Below, piece by piece: positions 38,660-54,188 of a DNA stretch of 64,000 bases (position 1 is the stretch's first letter; every line of letters starts with the position of its first letter). Origin of the DNA: the human T2T-CHM13v2.0 reference genome, Homo sapiens; NCBI RefSeq assembly GCF_009914755.1, contig NC_060927.1, one strand, 5' to 3'. A program made the position numbers and the translations under genes. The notes under the pieces were generated by a model, which had not been told where the DNA came from, ran no database searches, and saw only the letters and a list, made by a program, of their open reading frames with translations.

Positions 38660-39165
38660 TGTACGTACCTATAGGTGTTGTAACAAATTAGTACAAATTT
38701 GGTGGTGTAAATACAAATTATGTTACAATTCTAAGTTCAGAAGGTCTAAAATCAAAGTGTTGGCAGGGCTGTATTCCTTCCAGAGCCTCTAGGTTAGAAT
38801 CAATTTTCTTGCCTTTTACAGCATCTAGAGGCCACCTGCATTCCTTGGTTCATGATCCCTTCCATCTTCTTCAAAGCCAACAACACAACATCTCCAAATC
38901 TCTTCCTCTCCTCTCTCACTCTCACTCTCATTCTCCTCCTCTCATCAGGCTCACATCTCTTTGTCTGATTCTCACCCTCTTGCATGCACTGATAAGTACC
39001 TTTGTAATTATATTTGTATCACCTAAATAATCTCCCTCACTGCAATATTCTTCATTTAAGCCTATTTACAAAGTTCCATTTACCATCTAAGGTAAAATAA
39101 TCACAGGTTCTGGAAATTAGGATATGGATATGTTGAGGTGGAGGGAATATTATTTAGTTTACTAT
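38660..39165 (-). mobile_element. MLT1 (MLT1C/D-like) MaLR LTR
   Basis: TGTAACAAATTA, AAATCAAAGTGTTGGCAGGGCTG, TCTAGAGGCCACCTGCATTCCTTGG, CACAGGTTCTGGAAATTAGGA. Confidence 0.85.
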
Positions 39166-39199
39166 GGTAACATTTACCTTAATTTGAATATTTAGCATA

Positions 39200-39490
39200 A
39201 AGGATTGACCTACCATAAATGTCTAAAACATAATTTTGTATCTAAAATATAATTTTAGATATTTTTAATATATGTAAATATTAAAATTTTAATATGAATA
39301 TAATACAAAATATTTATTGTTATATATGTACATATAATATATATTAAATATGCAACTTTAATAAGTAAATATATTTTTAGAGATTATATTAATATATAAA
39401 TTGTATTATATATAAACATATTTTATATCTGTTTACTAACATTACCTCTAATTAACACATTAAATAATATTTTTACATTTTAATATATTG
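39200..39490. repeat. AT-rich low-complexity tract
   Basis: Near-exclusive A/T with degenerate TA repeats. Confidence 0.7.
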
Positions 39491-41349
39491 TACTGTATTT
39501 TCATATGGCTCATTTTGAGAACATGGTTCCACATATGAATACAATGTTAATTTATAGAAAACAGGGATTTTGAAAGATTGAAATTTATAATACTAACATA
39601 TCTTAAAAATCAAACAATAAGATGTTGAAATAGGCTTGGGAGCCTAATATAGTAACATGATTGAAGTAACTGGAGTATCATGTCTTGGTAGCATGTCCAA
39701 TTTTACACAATAATGGATTGTGCCTAAGTGTTACATCTCAACCTGTTTAGCCAGAAGTCGCAGTCTTATTGTGTCTGTGTCAAGTTATTTAGCTTCGATC
39801 TGTCACTGTTTTCAATTTCCATCATGCCTTCTATCCCTGCTTTGGAAAGGACTAAAATAATTAAATACAGCATTTCATTCTTCACCATGACAATTTTCAC
39901 ACTATTATTTTTAAATAATAAACAAAAGTTTCAAAATCTATGCTTCTTAAATTAATTTGTATACTCTTGTGAAAGGATTTTATCTAGTTATTCACTTTAT
40001 TTTATATTTCACAATATAAGCTCCTACTGATCTCTAAAAACCTTTTAGTAAGTCACGATATTTTATCTACAAAAGCAGTGGAGCAAATTGTAATTTTATT
40101 GAGTATTTAATATATGTGTTTGGCAGTATGAAATCCACTGAAAATGTTATATTAAAGTTAACATTAAGGAAATCTTGGTGTCACACTTGAAAACAAGGCT
40201 GTGATGCCTATTTTCTGTATAAACTTTATTTTCATATATATGTCATAAAAAATTTACAGGTTACATTTATGAGTTTTATTTCATATTATGACTTACTGCA
40301 CTTTCTACAATCTATGAATTGAAATGTAAAATGTCAGTTGATTCCATAGTGTGAGCCAAATCACAGCTGATAGAGTATAATGTTGACTATTTAGGAGGGC
40401 AGAACCAACTGCTAAATATGTACAGATACACAGACACAAACTCAACATCAATCTCAATCCATAAATTACTACTTGTGAACTTGAGTGAACTTGGCATCAA
40501 CCAGATAACAGAGAAACAGACATTGTACATTCAATAGATATGATACCTTGTTTATTTTACATAACATGCAAATACACTTTGTATTCAGCTAGATATTGTA
40601 CATTAGTAAAGTGATGTTTCTTTCTAGGAGAATAATATAAATACAAGCTCAGTGAAGTGACAGGAAATATTACTTAAATAAAAATTAAACAGTATAACTC
40701 AGTGCAATGTTATAAGGAATAATTGGAATAAAGACCATTACTATATTTTTTACATATAAAATATATGTAGTTCTTATTGATATCATGTGTTAAAAAGTGA
40801 ATTTTTCATTAAAATCTAATAAATAATGGCTCTTTTAATAAAAATAAATGTAGGATTTATTCTTTTTGTGTGTAGAAATTTGAGATAGCCATATTAACTC
40901 TGATAATGCAATATTTTTATTACTAAAATTAATTCTTATTTCTTCATAATCATTTATCAAAACAAAATGTTAATGATCCAAATATCTGCTGGTATTGAAT
41001 TGAAAAAGAAAATAATTCTGTAGGGATGTGAGTAGAGTAGCCAAATTCTGAAATATGGATTCACAAATATAGAAACTGTTTTAGAAATTTGATAATTTTT
41101 TAAATTATATTTTCCTAAGATCTATAACTCATGGTTTTAAGGAATGATATCTGCTCTAACAAAAAAATAGTTTGTGATAGACAAAGCATTATGTCTTATT
41201 TATTCCCCAAACAGTAAATAACGAGAGTATTCCCTGGAAGAGCATTATTCTAGTTAGAAGATAAATAACACGCAAGTCTTCAAATTTTGATTATAGGTGA
41301 TACTGTTTTGCAAACCGAAGACACAAATGAATTAAAATGGCTCTTCAAA

Positions 41350-41570
41350 ATAAGGGTTTTGTTGTTAGACGCCATGAATTAAACATTTCACTCCATCAAT
41401 TACTACTTGTGTGAACCTGAGAAATGCACATAATCTGTTTAAGTGGAAATATTTATAGTATTATTCATAAGGGTATTTATGATAATTAAATTCTTGTTAC
41501 TGTGTCTGGTATGGATAGCATATACATAATTCTATCAATAGAATACAAAAATATTAACATTATTATTACC
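41350..41570 (+). mobile_element. MIR
   Basis: TTACTACTTGTGTGAACCTGAGAAA core and TCATAAGGGTATTTATGATAATTAAAT. Confidence 0.5.
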
Positions 41571-42671
41571 ACTTTGAAGATAGTTCTCATATTTTACATG
41601 TAACTTTTTTATTTCATGACATCTATATTCAGATTATCTAACATACTTTTCTTTTTTGCTTTGTTTTGATTATTATCCATTTTCTTTTAAGAAACGTGAT
41701 GCCTTGTTTACACATTTAAATGTATTCTTATACTATTCATTGTAATGTGCTTTAGGCTTGTTTTTAAGCTACAGCTTTTGTCTTAACTCCTGGACTACAC
41801 ATTATTTAAAGATCTTTTCTAAACATTTTCTAACCATAGATGTATGTAGTTAGTCAATAAACACTTGATGGCTGATTGGGGTTAGAAGAGAAGTGAAAAA
41901 AACTCTTAAATCTTTATAAATCCTAAGAATTAATTTATAAAGTGGTGAAACTGTTCTATTAAAAAAAGATGAATATCTTACCTATAAACCTAGGTAATAG
42001 GAAACTTGCTAGGAATCATACTATGTTAAATGGTCAAGCATTTCTCAGAGTCCAGAAAACCCAGAAACCTTGCAATAGAAATAATCTCATTTTGATAAAT
42101 TTTATAGTCATGAGATTAGTCTGCCACAATATCATTATAATGCATTTATGTTTTTATTATTGTGCTACTCTCATAAAGTTGTCATTATTCCTACACCTTG
42201 TATGAAGCTCCAATATCCAGACTCATATATGGAAAACTACTAACAATAATTGTTTTAAAACAACTTTTCATTGAAAAACCTAAGTCACTCATCAACTATA
42301 AATAGTTTTTCAGGGAATATAGCTTTTTCCACAGATAGTGCATATAAAATTTTATTTTTATATTTTCTAATATATTCTAATATTTTCTCCAAATATTGCA
42401 GAATAATAATTTTCAGCAGAGTAAATAAAACTACATAACAAGTACCATCTCCACACAAACTGAAAAGAGAGACCGTCCACACTTCAAAATAACTAAGAGA
42501 AGAAAAAAAATACCATATCCCAGTGAACTCCCTCTTTTACTCAGTTCCATTACAAATTTTTGTGACAAGCAATGTCGGCCCAAGAAAAACTTTAGGGGAA
42601 AGAAAAGGAAATCTAGGTAAATCCCAGTTTTCAAGAATAAGTTAACTCTAAGCGTAAAATATTTTTATAAG

Positions 42672-42893
42672 TAGTGGTTCTCAACTTGGGGCATTTTCCC
42701 TTTCAGAGGACAATTGGCAATGCCTGGAGGCATTTTTATTTTTCACATTGGACAGGTGGTTACTATCGGTATGTAGTGGGTAGAAACCAGAGAGACTGGT
42801 AAACATTCTACAATACACAAGAAAGACCCTCACAGGAAAAAAAAAAAAAATGCAGTCCAAAAATGTCAGTAGATCTGTTGTTGTAAAACACTG
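42672..42893 (+). mobile_element. MER20 (hAT-Charlie)
   Basis: Termini TAGTGGTTCTCAAC...GTTGTAAAACACTG, internal GGACAATTGGCAATGCCTGGAGGCATTTT, about 220 bp. Confidence 0.88.
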
Positions 42894-43249
42894 AAGGGAA
42901 GGAAATTAGGTATGATTTGCCACAGAATTTGAAAGGCCTAGGTACTAGGGCAAATAAACATGTAAAGAGAGGGTCACCAATTAGCATTTCAGTGGTAATG
43001 GGGTAAAAGTGCAAATGACAGAAAATTTAGAATCTAATAAGAAAAAAAAATCACAGGAAATAAAATTATTCCTTTCACCACCAAAAAGAAAACTTTTTTG
43101 AATCTGTAATTTGCTACACTGATAAAAAGATATTTAACTAAAAATATTATAAATCATCACAAATTCTCATAGTGCATGGAAAATTGAAAATATTTACACA
43201 TATTTCTTGCAAATATTATAATATGTGCTTAACATACATCTGAAGAAAA

Positions 43250-45040
43250 TTTCTTGCCAAAGTCTACAGCAAAGTAGAAAAACTATGTGGGACGACCTTT
43301 TAAATAAAATATTGAAACAAGTATTTATGGATATGAAAAACACACTGAAACAAGAATTATTTTAAACTTAAAAAAGACATGAACAAAGCACAAAATATTG
43401 AAAGTTTATTAAACTCAGGATATAAAGAAAGAGAATAATGAATAATTTAGAAATAAAAACTAAATCATAGGAAGATAAATAAATAATTGATATTTTATGA
43501 GGAGTATTGGGTAAAGGTAAAACAGAGTGAGTGGAATGAGATAAAGAGTTAAAATGGTCATAAATATAGGCAAAAAAAATAAAAAAAGAATAACATTTGT
43601 ATAATAGATGGCCCTTGGAGGGTAGTGGGAAGCAAAAATTAAACAGTGAAACAAAGCTAATGTTTGAAACTATCATTCAAAAAAAATTTCCAGAAATAGA
43701 CTCAACTTAGAAATCTAAATATTGAAAGGATCCAAAAGTCACCTGAGGATATTATCCCCAAACAATAATCTTCAATATATATTCTAGAAAAATACATTAC
43801 ATCAAATGAAAAAATTCATTAAACTTTTAGACAAAACATCAAATGAAGTACAAGAGTAAAATATTTAAAGTGACATCAGACTTTTCCAACGCAACATATA
43901 AAGCAAGTCATCAGTGGAGCAGCAGTTTCAAGACCCAACAAAAGAAAATGAAGCCTAAATATTGTATAGCTAACTAACCTGAACTTCAGATGTTAAGGCC
44001 ATGAAAAAGTCTTAAACATACAAGAGGTTAGGGAATTCTGTACTGATAAGAATTTCTTGGATTTACTACAAGTTAATCTTTATTCAACCAAGACAGGACT
44101 GAGCAAACCTTAGTAAAAGACCTGTAGGTGAGCATGAAACATTTATATATTAATATGCCTCAGACTAAAAATAGATGATGATGAGGGTAGAAGACTAATG
44201 CACAAATAGATCTGTTTGACAAAATAATGCAACCTAAAAAAAGGGTGACGGAAAGGAAAACAGGGAAGGAGAACAGTCTCATTGATTTTTCATATTAGGC
44301 AATAGGTGAGAGTTAAAGTGTACCATTTAAAAATGACAAACTAGTTAAAATCTAAACAGTGAACTTAGGATCTTAAGGTATAATTCCAAAGCTAACTGGA
44401 ACAAAAATATGAACCATGTGAAATATAAATTTATTCTTAAAAGATGATAATACACATTTTGTCAAAAAATGTAACGTATTCACACAAGTTTAATTATAAA
44501 ATAGTATGATGGGGTGGAAATAAAACTTATCAATAAAAAAGATTTTCTTTAATGGACAAATAAAAAAGTTCTAATCTAGCTGACAAAGCAAGATGCAACT
44601 ATTATCTGTAAAATGGACATAAATTAAAATTAATCAGAAATACTGAAATTAATGTGTAGTCAAAGGAATATGCAAAATATGGGGGGAAAAGTAAGAATAC
44701 TCATCATGATATTTTACAAAAATATAATTCAACTAAACAGCATCAAATGTGAAAAGTTTGTTTTACTGCTAAAAGTCATAATTTACAATGAAGAAATATT
44801 GTCCCTCAATATTTATGGACTACATTAGTCAGAAATTATCTTTATGAAACAAAAGCTACAGAAGATGTAATGCTATATCTGGATAAAAACATTAATAGTA
44901 GGGGAATCAGTACTAGAAAAATCAAATGAACATTAACAAAAAATAGTTGAGTATTAAGAAACCTAAAATAATGAATAAAATAGATGTAATAACTATATAA
45001 CTATTAAACTTCACTTCTTATACTTGAAAATATATCTTTA
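43250..45040 (+). mobile_element. Ancient L1M ORF1 and ORF2-start remnant
   Basis: AAAAATTTCCAGAAATA, ACATCAGACTTTTCCAACGCAACA, endonuclease-like ATAATTTACAATGAAGAAATA; A-rich strand bias. Confidence 0.65.
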
Positions 45041-45074
45041 TACCCCAAAAAAGTGGTGTTTTTTTTTTTATTTT

Positions 45075-45580
45075 TGCATGGCAACACTGCTATTTGCCCA
45101 GCCCACATCCATTCCACTTCACTCTTCATTTCCCAATAATCTCTTGTACCAGGTGGTGATCTTGTGACCCAATACTAGCCAATAAGTTGTTAGACAATCT
45201 TTTTTGGGACTTTCGAGATGTGGATGTTATTGTGGTTGTCTAATTTTGTTGTTTTAATTTCCTTAGGGGAATAAAGCCAAAGCCTTTATTTTATTTTTTT
45301 CTTTTTGGCATCTTACATTTTGCCTGTATACAATGAGAAGCTGAAACTTCAAGAACAATTCTTAACCATGCCATAGAAATAAATGACACGGTTAAGAATG
45401 TTGGATCAAAAGCAAAGTGGAAGGCTGGAATATTTTCAACCTTGAAAAGTCTCCCATCAGCTCTGGACCATCCACTTTAAAGGAAACATCTTGTTATGTG
45501 AACAAAATTAAATGGGGATTTGTTAAGCCATTGGAGTTTAATACGAGTTATTTGTGCTGTTGCCAATTTATAACTGCAAC
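45075..45580 (+). mobile_element. Old ERVL-class LTR (LTR16/LTR33-like)
   Basis: TGTGACCCAATACTAGCCAATAAG, CTTGTTATGTGA and TTGTTAAGCCATTG motifs. Confidence 0.5.
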
Positions 45581-47064
45581 TATCTTCTCGTACATGGTTG
45601 ATTTTATAGACGTTAGTGTAGAAAATGAAGTGACTTTAATACAATTAGAGTTTTTAAGGATCAGTAGTTCCTTGTTAAATGTTTATATTAAATTCCTTTC
45701 AGTTATTAACAAATGATATTTCAATTGATATGTCTTAGTGCTCAGTTTTGAAGTAAATATTCTGGTTTTCAAGGAGGAACATATTTTAAAGGTACCCTCT
45801 GCTTTATTCCAAAATTGTGAATAACCAATGAGACTTTATTTCACACAGCTGTTTATCTTGGAAGTTTTGGCTTTTATTCACTTCTGTTTAAATAATCTTC
45901 AATAATGCATTAACACATTGAGAGCTAATGACAGTTTTTTACATAACTTACCACAATAAATATTTTACTAACTTCTTTATAAGAACATTCCTTGAAGTAT
46001 TTATCTTTTTCATTAAGAATACTTCAAAGTAGTTTAGCAGAGAGGAACAGGTAGAAAAACAAGAGAAAATATTTTTCTTCTTAAGTTTAAATAATAAAAC
46101 TGTGAAAATAATTTAATTTCAGGATAAATAAATATTCAAAACACAGACTTATATTTTAAATAACTATTTTCACATGTGTTAAATATTGTTTTTCTTTGTA
46201 TATGAGAAAGTGAAAATCTGAAATTTTTAGTTGTTCCTATCCCTCAGAATTCTTAAATTTGTTATTTTAATTAAATTAATTTTACTCAAAACATAAGAAT
46301 TAAGGGATATGCTGTACTAATAGCTCTATGTGGGTAGTGACTTTAGATACTTAAAAATTTAAAGGGCTTTTTCTATGGCCTCTCATTTTCTTTGCATAGC
46401 TGATTAAATTAATACAGAACCAAAAGGGGTTGCAAACAGATTCTGAAGCTGAATTACAACAGTGACAAAAGTCACAGCATATTTTGGCTACAGCATATTA
46501 TCCTCATGGGGTTGAAAATGTGAGCTTAAAATGATAGCAAGATTGAAGAAAAATTTCCAGCAGTTGCAAAGATATTAGGATTTAAGTAGACTTCAGCATT
46601 TTTGAAGAAGAAGAAATCGAGTTACAGATGGCATACATTGAAATACATTAGGCTTTGAGAAATGGAGATTACTTAAGATTTGTGAAGGAAAATTGAAAAC
46701 CATAAAATCTATTGAGAGTATAACATTCTATTCAGGCTGGAGAGAATGTTTAAGATTACCTTCAATGTGTCTCTAAGTTTGGTGAATACAAGTCTCAGCA
46801 TTTTAGTGTATTTATAAAAACGAAAAAGAAAATGAAGAAGCACAAGTATGCAAGATAAAATGTAACCTTAGTGTCTCTTTTAATGAGAATAGTTTTTCTT
46901 GCTTAATTAATGTAAGAAAACAGATGATGCCAAAGCATATTCACTGAAATGTGTTCTTTACCTTTACTCCAAAGTATGTGCATTAATTTATGTTTAGCAA
47001 ACTAATAGGTTTTGATGACACTTAAGATAACTAAAGTCTCAATGTATCAGCTGAGACTACAGTT

Positions 47065-47180
47065 GTTTACACAATTCATTAATGCCCGAATTCATATTTA
47101 TTCAGTCTCTTCCTATCTAGGGGTTTGGGATACAACTATGAGCAAAGTAAAAACATATCTCCTTTATCCTGGAGGGATGA
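47065..47180 (-). mobile_element. L2 3' end fragment
   Basis: ATTCATATTTATTCAG...CTAGGGGTTTGGGATACAACTATGAGCAAA. Confidence 0.5.
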
Positions 47181-47892
47181 TGAAGGAACAGACAGAAAGG
47201 CTGCACCATGACAGACAATAAATTTTAAATATAAAAATATTAGCAAAGTGCATTTATATATGAATTTGATAAAATATTTTGGGAGAGGGTGAAAGTAGAA
47301 CATGTAAGGGACATTAGGCATGTTATGAATTCTTAATTCATTGGTATCTTTAGTTACTTTTATCTAAAAAATAGAAAGACACTTGTATTATTACAGCTAC
47401 AGTGATATCAATTTCTCATTCAAAATGTCTATAAACCACAACTACAGCAAGAACAACAGAGCCTTTCTCACCCCCACGCCACAAAAAAAGGACAATAAAC
47501 ACACAACAATTGCCATGAAGTTGAAAGAGAACAGTGTTGCCTTGGGTGAGGAAAATGTGGTTTTAGTTAGAATAGATATTCACCCTCCTGTCAATAAAGG
47601 TGTAACAAATTATTCTAAAGTGGATCTTCCTCATGAGCATTAGAACAGAGATCAACATTACAAATGTATTTTATGACAAGATAAAAACAGGCTCATTAAA
47701 ACTTTGTCCCAAAATTAACTAAAAGGAAAAGCTGGGAATTGCTGTATAACTTGAAAGAACACTTAGGAAAATACTAAAGCATCAGTACAGAGTGTTCCAG
47801 CACCACACATACCCCTAACTGAAGAATCTAGATCATGGCTTATAAAATCATTCTTACCAAACACTGCAAAAGAGATTTCTATCTATTGTAAA

Positions 47893-48239
<347 letters not shown>

Positions 48240-49929
48240 TAGTCTCATAAGTATAGGCAGCTTACTGAGGTATCCTTTGTTTGAATATCCACTTTGCCAT
48301 TTCAGAAATGACATAACATTAAACGGTGTTAAGTCAATGAGAGGAAAAATCTCATCTTGAATTTTAAAATAGCACTTTTGAGTTTTTCAAGGAGTCATTT
48401 ATAAAAACATTTTAGCCCCTAAGAAGATTTCACCAGTGATGATGAAATCATTTTTGTAGTGGTTTGCAAAATTATCCTCTAGCAAATGCCAGAAATCAAG
48501 TGCCTATGGATGTAAGCAAAAAGAAACAGAATGACTGGATAAAATTTGCATAAAATAAAAGAAGTTATATGACTGTAATATAAGCTTGTCTGAAGATAGT
48601 GAAGTAATTTCTTTGCTGGAAATTTGTACTATTTACAAAAAATAAATATAGCATGTGTGCAGAATTTGTCTTGCCTTCCAGATTTATTTTGTTAATTTAA
48701 TGTATTTATCAAAAGAATATTTAACATATAAAACACCATTGTAGAACTTTTTAAATTCTGTGAAATTGTTAACGGTGTAATTAATCAACATTGATTATTA
48801 TCTGTTATGTTTAAAATCATAACAGATAACAATGATTTTAAAGTGTAGTATGAATATTTTTAAATTTTAAAAAGCTGATTGATGAGAGTAGGTCAGATAG
48901 AATCTGAGTCTTTGTTAATGCCAAACTATGAATAAACTGTATGTTTTTCTCAAAAGTTCTCCAAAACACTTTACATAAATTTCAAAATCAGCATACTTTC
49001 ATTACGTCATACTAACCAAATGTGAGTAGATTTGAGACATAAGAAGTTTATTTCAATGATGATAAGATGTTTGTGCTACACTGTACTAGTGGTAAAGACA
49101 GCAAAGGTTGTCCTTCACAAGGCATCACAAATATGAGACCCAAAAATGGCAATAGTAAAAAAATGGGGTTTAGTTCTTATACAGGATGCATTGTAGGAAG
49201 AAAAGGATCAATTGGGATAATAAAACTTGCATTTCTGATTTAATATTTTTAAACCCAGCCACGTTTCACTAATTCACTCATGTGCCTAGATGATTCCCAA
49301 TATCTTTACTATAATATTTTACATAAATATAAACTAAAATGAAATAGATATTTTTTCAAGGTAATATGGTCTCATAAAAAATATCCAATCAATTTCCTAT
49401 TTCAGTAATTCTGCACCCTCTAAGTTACAACAGAATCTATAGCATAGTCCAATAAGTAATGTAGGACTACACCATAAAAATACTCCAGACATTCCTGCAA
49501 CACACATATTTGGCATGCACGTATTCAAATACATAAATCACACATATTAAAGACCAACTGTGATGTCCATGCCACTTTCAAAAAAATATTTTGGCTGATA
49601 TAAACTTCTCCTTTCCTAAGATTTTATAGGCAAATATTTGCCCCTTTTTGTGGTATTTATCATTTTTTGCTATGCACTGTAGGCTTTTAGATATTTGTCT
49701 TTATCTTTTGAAATATGCATAAAGATCTTTAAAGATATCATACACACTGAAATTTAAAACTTGATTTGTATTTATTTAAAAATAAAATTATGCATTTATT
49801 TTATACTACTGACACATTCAAGACAGAAAATGATAATATATTTTTAAGTTATGAACTTTAACATCCAGGACAAAAAAAAGGGGAACACGTTAATTAACAT
49901 CTAAAATTAAAAACTTAATGCTACAAATA

Positions 49930-50850
49930 ACCTTGAACCCCCTCTCATCCCTTATTCAATTTTCCTGACATTTTGGGATTGAGAATATACTGAATTTTAT
50001 GTTTTCTATTCTTTTGCTTTTCTATAATAGCTTATAAAATAATGTTATATATCATTGTGCAATATATGGTTTGACTTCTTTTTAAAATGTTTCAAATGTT
50101 AACACAATTTATGAAGTATTTTACAGCTTGCATTTTTTCTTGGGACGTTTTGCTTCTGTGATATATATGTACATATATATATGGCCTACACATTTTTATC
50201 TATATATGATTTTAATGTATTCATTCACTAATAAATAAAATGTTTAAATACATTGCTGCTATATGCATTATTATAAATGTCTCCTAAAGCAAGTATTCAT
50301 AGGTTTCTCCAGATTATATAGGTAGAAACAAAATTATTGAAACATGGTTTAAATTACCAAATTTTTAAATGTTATTCAAATTAATATTTTCACTAGCAAT
50401 GTATACAAGTTGTTCCATATCTTCAACAATACTTTTCATAATTAGACATAAGTTTTGACGAGTATATTGGATGTATTATGTTATCTAAATTTGCATTTCT
50501 GTGATGACTAATGAACTTTTTTGCATGTGAGTACTCACCCTGGTTCTCTTTGTAACATTCTCAATCATGTCATATATCATTTTTTTCATTTGGTTTTATT
50601 TTATTTATTGACTTGTTAAAGTCTAATAATAATCTCTGTGTGCTGTACTAACATTTTAGATGCTGCAAATTATAGAGATTACATATATGCTGCAAAGATC
50701 TTCTCTGAGCATCTGAATTTTTTATTCTTTTTAAAGTGTTTTAACAGTGTTTTTAAATTTCAACTATTTGAATAATTTAGCCTTATTTTTTATTATTTGG
50801 GCTTGAGAAGTCTTAAACACTTCCCTATACACTTAGCTTAAAAACATACT
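49930..50850 (-). mobile_element. Ancient L1ME-type 3' portion
   Basis: TTTTCACTAGCAATGTATA, TTCCATATCTTCAACAATACTT, TTTGCATTTCTGTGATGACTAATGA. Confidence 0.65.
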
Positions 50851-53477
50851 ATATAGATAAGTGATGTCAGCAAGATTTCAGAAGAGGGAATCTCAGACTT
50901 CACTACATTTCACATAAATTTCATCTAGCAACTATCCCCAGGAAAGGACACCTTGTTGAAAACTTCTAATCTTGAGAATAAGTCTGAGACTCCTGCATGG
51001 CCCACTAAACTGATTAAAAACTGATTAAAACAGTGAAAGAAATTATCTTACTTTGTGTCATCCCTACCTCTTCCTGAAGTTGGCACAGTAGCACACAGAG
51101 AGGATTCCCCAGGGCCCATGGTTTCTACAGTGGAAACAGAGAACTGGAGGTGGACATACAGCTTCCCTAGCATTTTGAGTTACTTCTCAAGAAGCCCACT
51201 CCCATCTCACCTCACAGGAAACACAGGGGTGACAGTGTAGCTAGACCATCTGGGGTGAGGTAGAAACAAAGCAAGTAGCCTACACCAACAAGTGTGCAAA
51301 TCATGGTGGTAGCTTTGTATACCTGACAATAGTGGCACACAGTCACAGGTATCAGCTAACAGCACAGTCGACACACAAAGCCAAGATGAAGTGGTGGAAA
51401 TTTTTACCTGTCTTTAATCCCTAGAGGGCATCCTTTAGAACCAGCTTCAGATCCCATCTCAGGCTACCCAGTGAAACAGATGCATGCTGCTGTGTACTTC
51501 AGCAGGGGGAAGGGACTAATTCTGCCATACCTGGGAATTTAAACAGTACTCTGCTGAGATTCAGGCAGGGAGGCGGCAAACCTCAACCATGCATTTTTAT
51601 TGAGTATATAGCAGATTGTCTAATTCATCTAAAGCAGTGACTCTAACTGAAATCAGAGCCCCTCCAGAAACACTGTACAACTGAGGAACTCAAATAGAAG
51701 TCTACATGGCCTAGGAATACACCCTCTAGGCTAACCTTATCAGAGGCAATTGCAGGATTCATCCAGTCTCTCAGCCTGATTGATGAGCTCAGCCAGTGGT
51801 ATCAGCGGACAGCAGAGCTTATGCAGCTGTTCCACTCAAACTCAGAGAATTCAGAAGAATTCTACAAAAGTTTAGCCAACTCCAAAAAAATAGATGAATA
51901 AGAAATAAAATGTGGAAAGCAATACAGGAATTAAATGAGAAGTTGGACAAACAAGGGGAAATAATTTAAGAAAGAAAATAGAAATCCTAGAGATGAACAA
52001 GACAACTGATATCAAAAACACAATAGAAAGCTTTAACAGTAGGCTCAATCAAGCTGAAGCAAAGATTATTGAACTCAAAAACAGAATATTCAAAACTATT
52101 CAATCAGAGAAGCAAGAGATAAGAGAATGAAAAACAATAAAGAAAGCCTATAAAAATTATGGAGCACCATCAAGAGATCAAACATTAAAATAATTAAAAT
52201 TAAATAAGGAGAAGAAGCAAGAGAAAAAGAGCCAAAAAGTCTATTTTAAAAAATAATGGCTGAAAATATTCCTGATGTCAACATCCAGGTACAGAAATTG
52301 CAGAGGTCTCCAATAACATGAAACCCAGAGAGTCCATCAAGACATGTACTCAAACTATCAAAACACAAAGACAAAGAAATAAGTGTAAAAGCATAAAGAG
52401 ATAATAAATTCATCACATTAAAAAAGTGTAAGTATGACTACTGGTGGATTTCTCAGCAGAAATTATGCAAGTCAGGAGAAAATGGGATGATATACTCAAA
52501 GTGCTGAAGGAAAAACAAAACTGCCACTCATGAATACTTTATCCAGCAAAGCTATTTTTCAGAAATGGGGAAAAAATAAAAAGTTTCTGAGACAAATTAA
52601 AGCCAAGGGAGTTAATGATCATTGGGTATGCCTCTAAGGAAAATTGCTTAAGGAGTTATTTAAGCTGAAACAAAAGGCTCATAATAGTAACAACATAAAA
52701 TTTATGAAAGTAGAAAACTCAATGGTATAAGAAATGCAGATCTATATTAGAGTACTCTAGGACTGTAATGCTGGTGTATAAAGCACATTTATCATTAATA
52801 AGACAGTTAAAAGACAAAGTGATTAATAACTATAGCTAAAATAAATTGTCAAGAAATATATATTACAAAATGTAAATTCTGCCATCGTAAACATAAATTG
52901 TTGGAAAAGGAGTAAAAGTGTTGAGTTGTATGCAATCAAAGTTAACTTGTTGTTAGGTTAAAACCGACTATTATAAGATATTTTTTATAAACCTCGTGGT
53001 AACGAAAAAGCAAAGTCTTTAGTAAATGCACAAACTAAAAGTAAAAAGAATTCAAAGCATACAGATAAATATCAAACCACAAAGGAACACAACAAGAAAA
53101 GAAGTAAAAAACAAAGCAACCAGAAAATAATTAATGAAATATTAGTAGTAAGTCATTACCTGTCAATAGTTAACAGGAATGTGAATGGATTGGGTTCTCC
53201 AATATAAAAATAAAGTGACTGAATGCATAAAAAAGAGAAGACAAAGTATATGCTGCTTACAAAAATTTACCTTGCTTTTAAGGACATTGACAGATTGAAA
53301 CTGTAGGTATGGAAAAAGGCATTCCACATAAATGAAAACCAAAAGAAAGCAAGAGTAGCTATACTTATATCAGACAAAATAAACGTTAAGTCAAAATCTG
53401 TAAATAGAAAAAAAAGGAGTACATTATATAATGATAAATGGATCAATTCTTCAAAATAGTATAAAAATTGTTATGCG

Positions 53478-53785
53478 AAGTCACCCCTTGCTATCAGGCA
53501 TTCATTTCAGAACCTTCTGAAAATACACAACTTGGTGAATGCTCAAGTATCTTATATAAAATTGAATAGTACTTGCATAAAACTAATTCATACCTTCCCA
53601 TATAATTTAAATCATCTCTAAATTATTTATAATACCTATACAATGTAAATACTATCACAAACAGTAATTATACTCTATTGTTTTCTATTTGTATTGTTTT
53701 TATTCATCTTTTTATTGTCTGTTAAAAAGTAGTTTTGATTGGTAGATCTGTGGATGCAGAGCCCTCAGATACAAAGGGTTGACTG
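53478..53785 (+). mobile_element. MER2 (TcMar-Tigger)
   Basis: ATGCTCAAGTATCTTATATAAAAT, TTTAAATCATCTCTA, end GGATGCAGAGCCCTCAGATACAAAGGGTTGACTG. Confidence 0.85.
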
Positions 53786-54188
53786 TTTCTCCCAATACGG
53801 AAACACCTACCATATAAAGCAGATATTCAAAAATCTAAAAAGAAGAGGTAGATTTCAATACAATAATAGAAAAGTACTTCAATAACAAATACATTCAACA
53901 ATAAAAATATCATCCAAACAGAAAATTAATAAGGAAAAACTGGACTTGAACAATACTTTAGACCAAATGAACCTAACAGACATTTGCAGAATATTTCTTC
54001 CAATAGCAATGGAATACACAATTTTCTCAAGTACACAAAAAATATTATCCAGGATAAATTATATGTCAGGTCACAAGGTAAGTATTAGAAAATTTAAGAA
54101 GATTGAGATCATATAAAGAACCTTTTCTAATAACAATGCTACAAAACTGGAAATCAATAACAAGGAATTTCAAAAAAATTGACAAATA

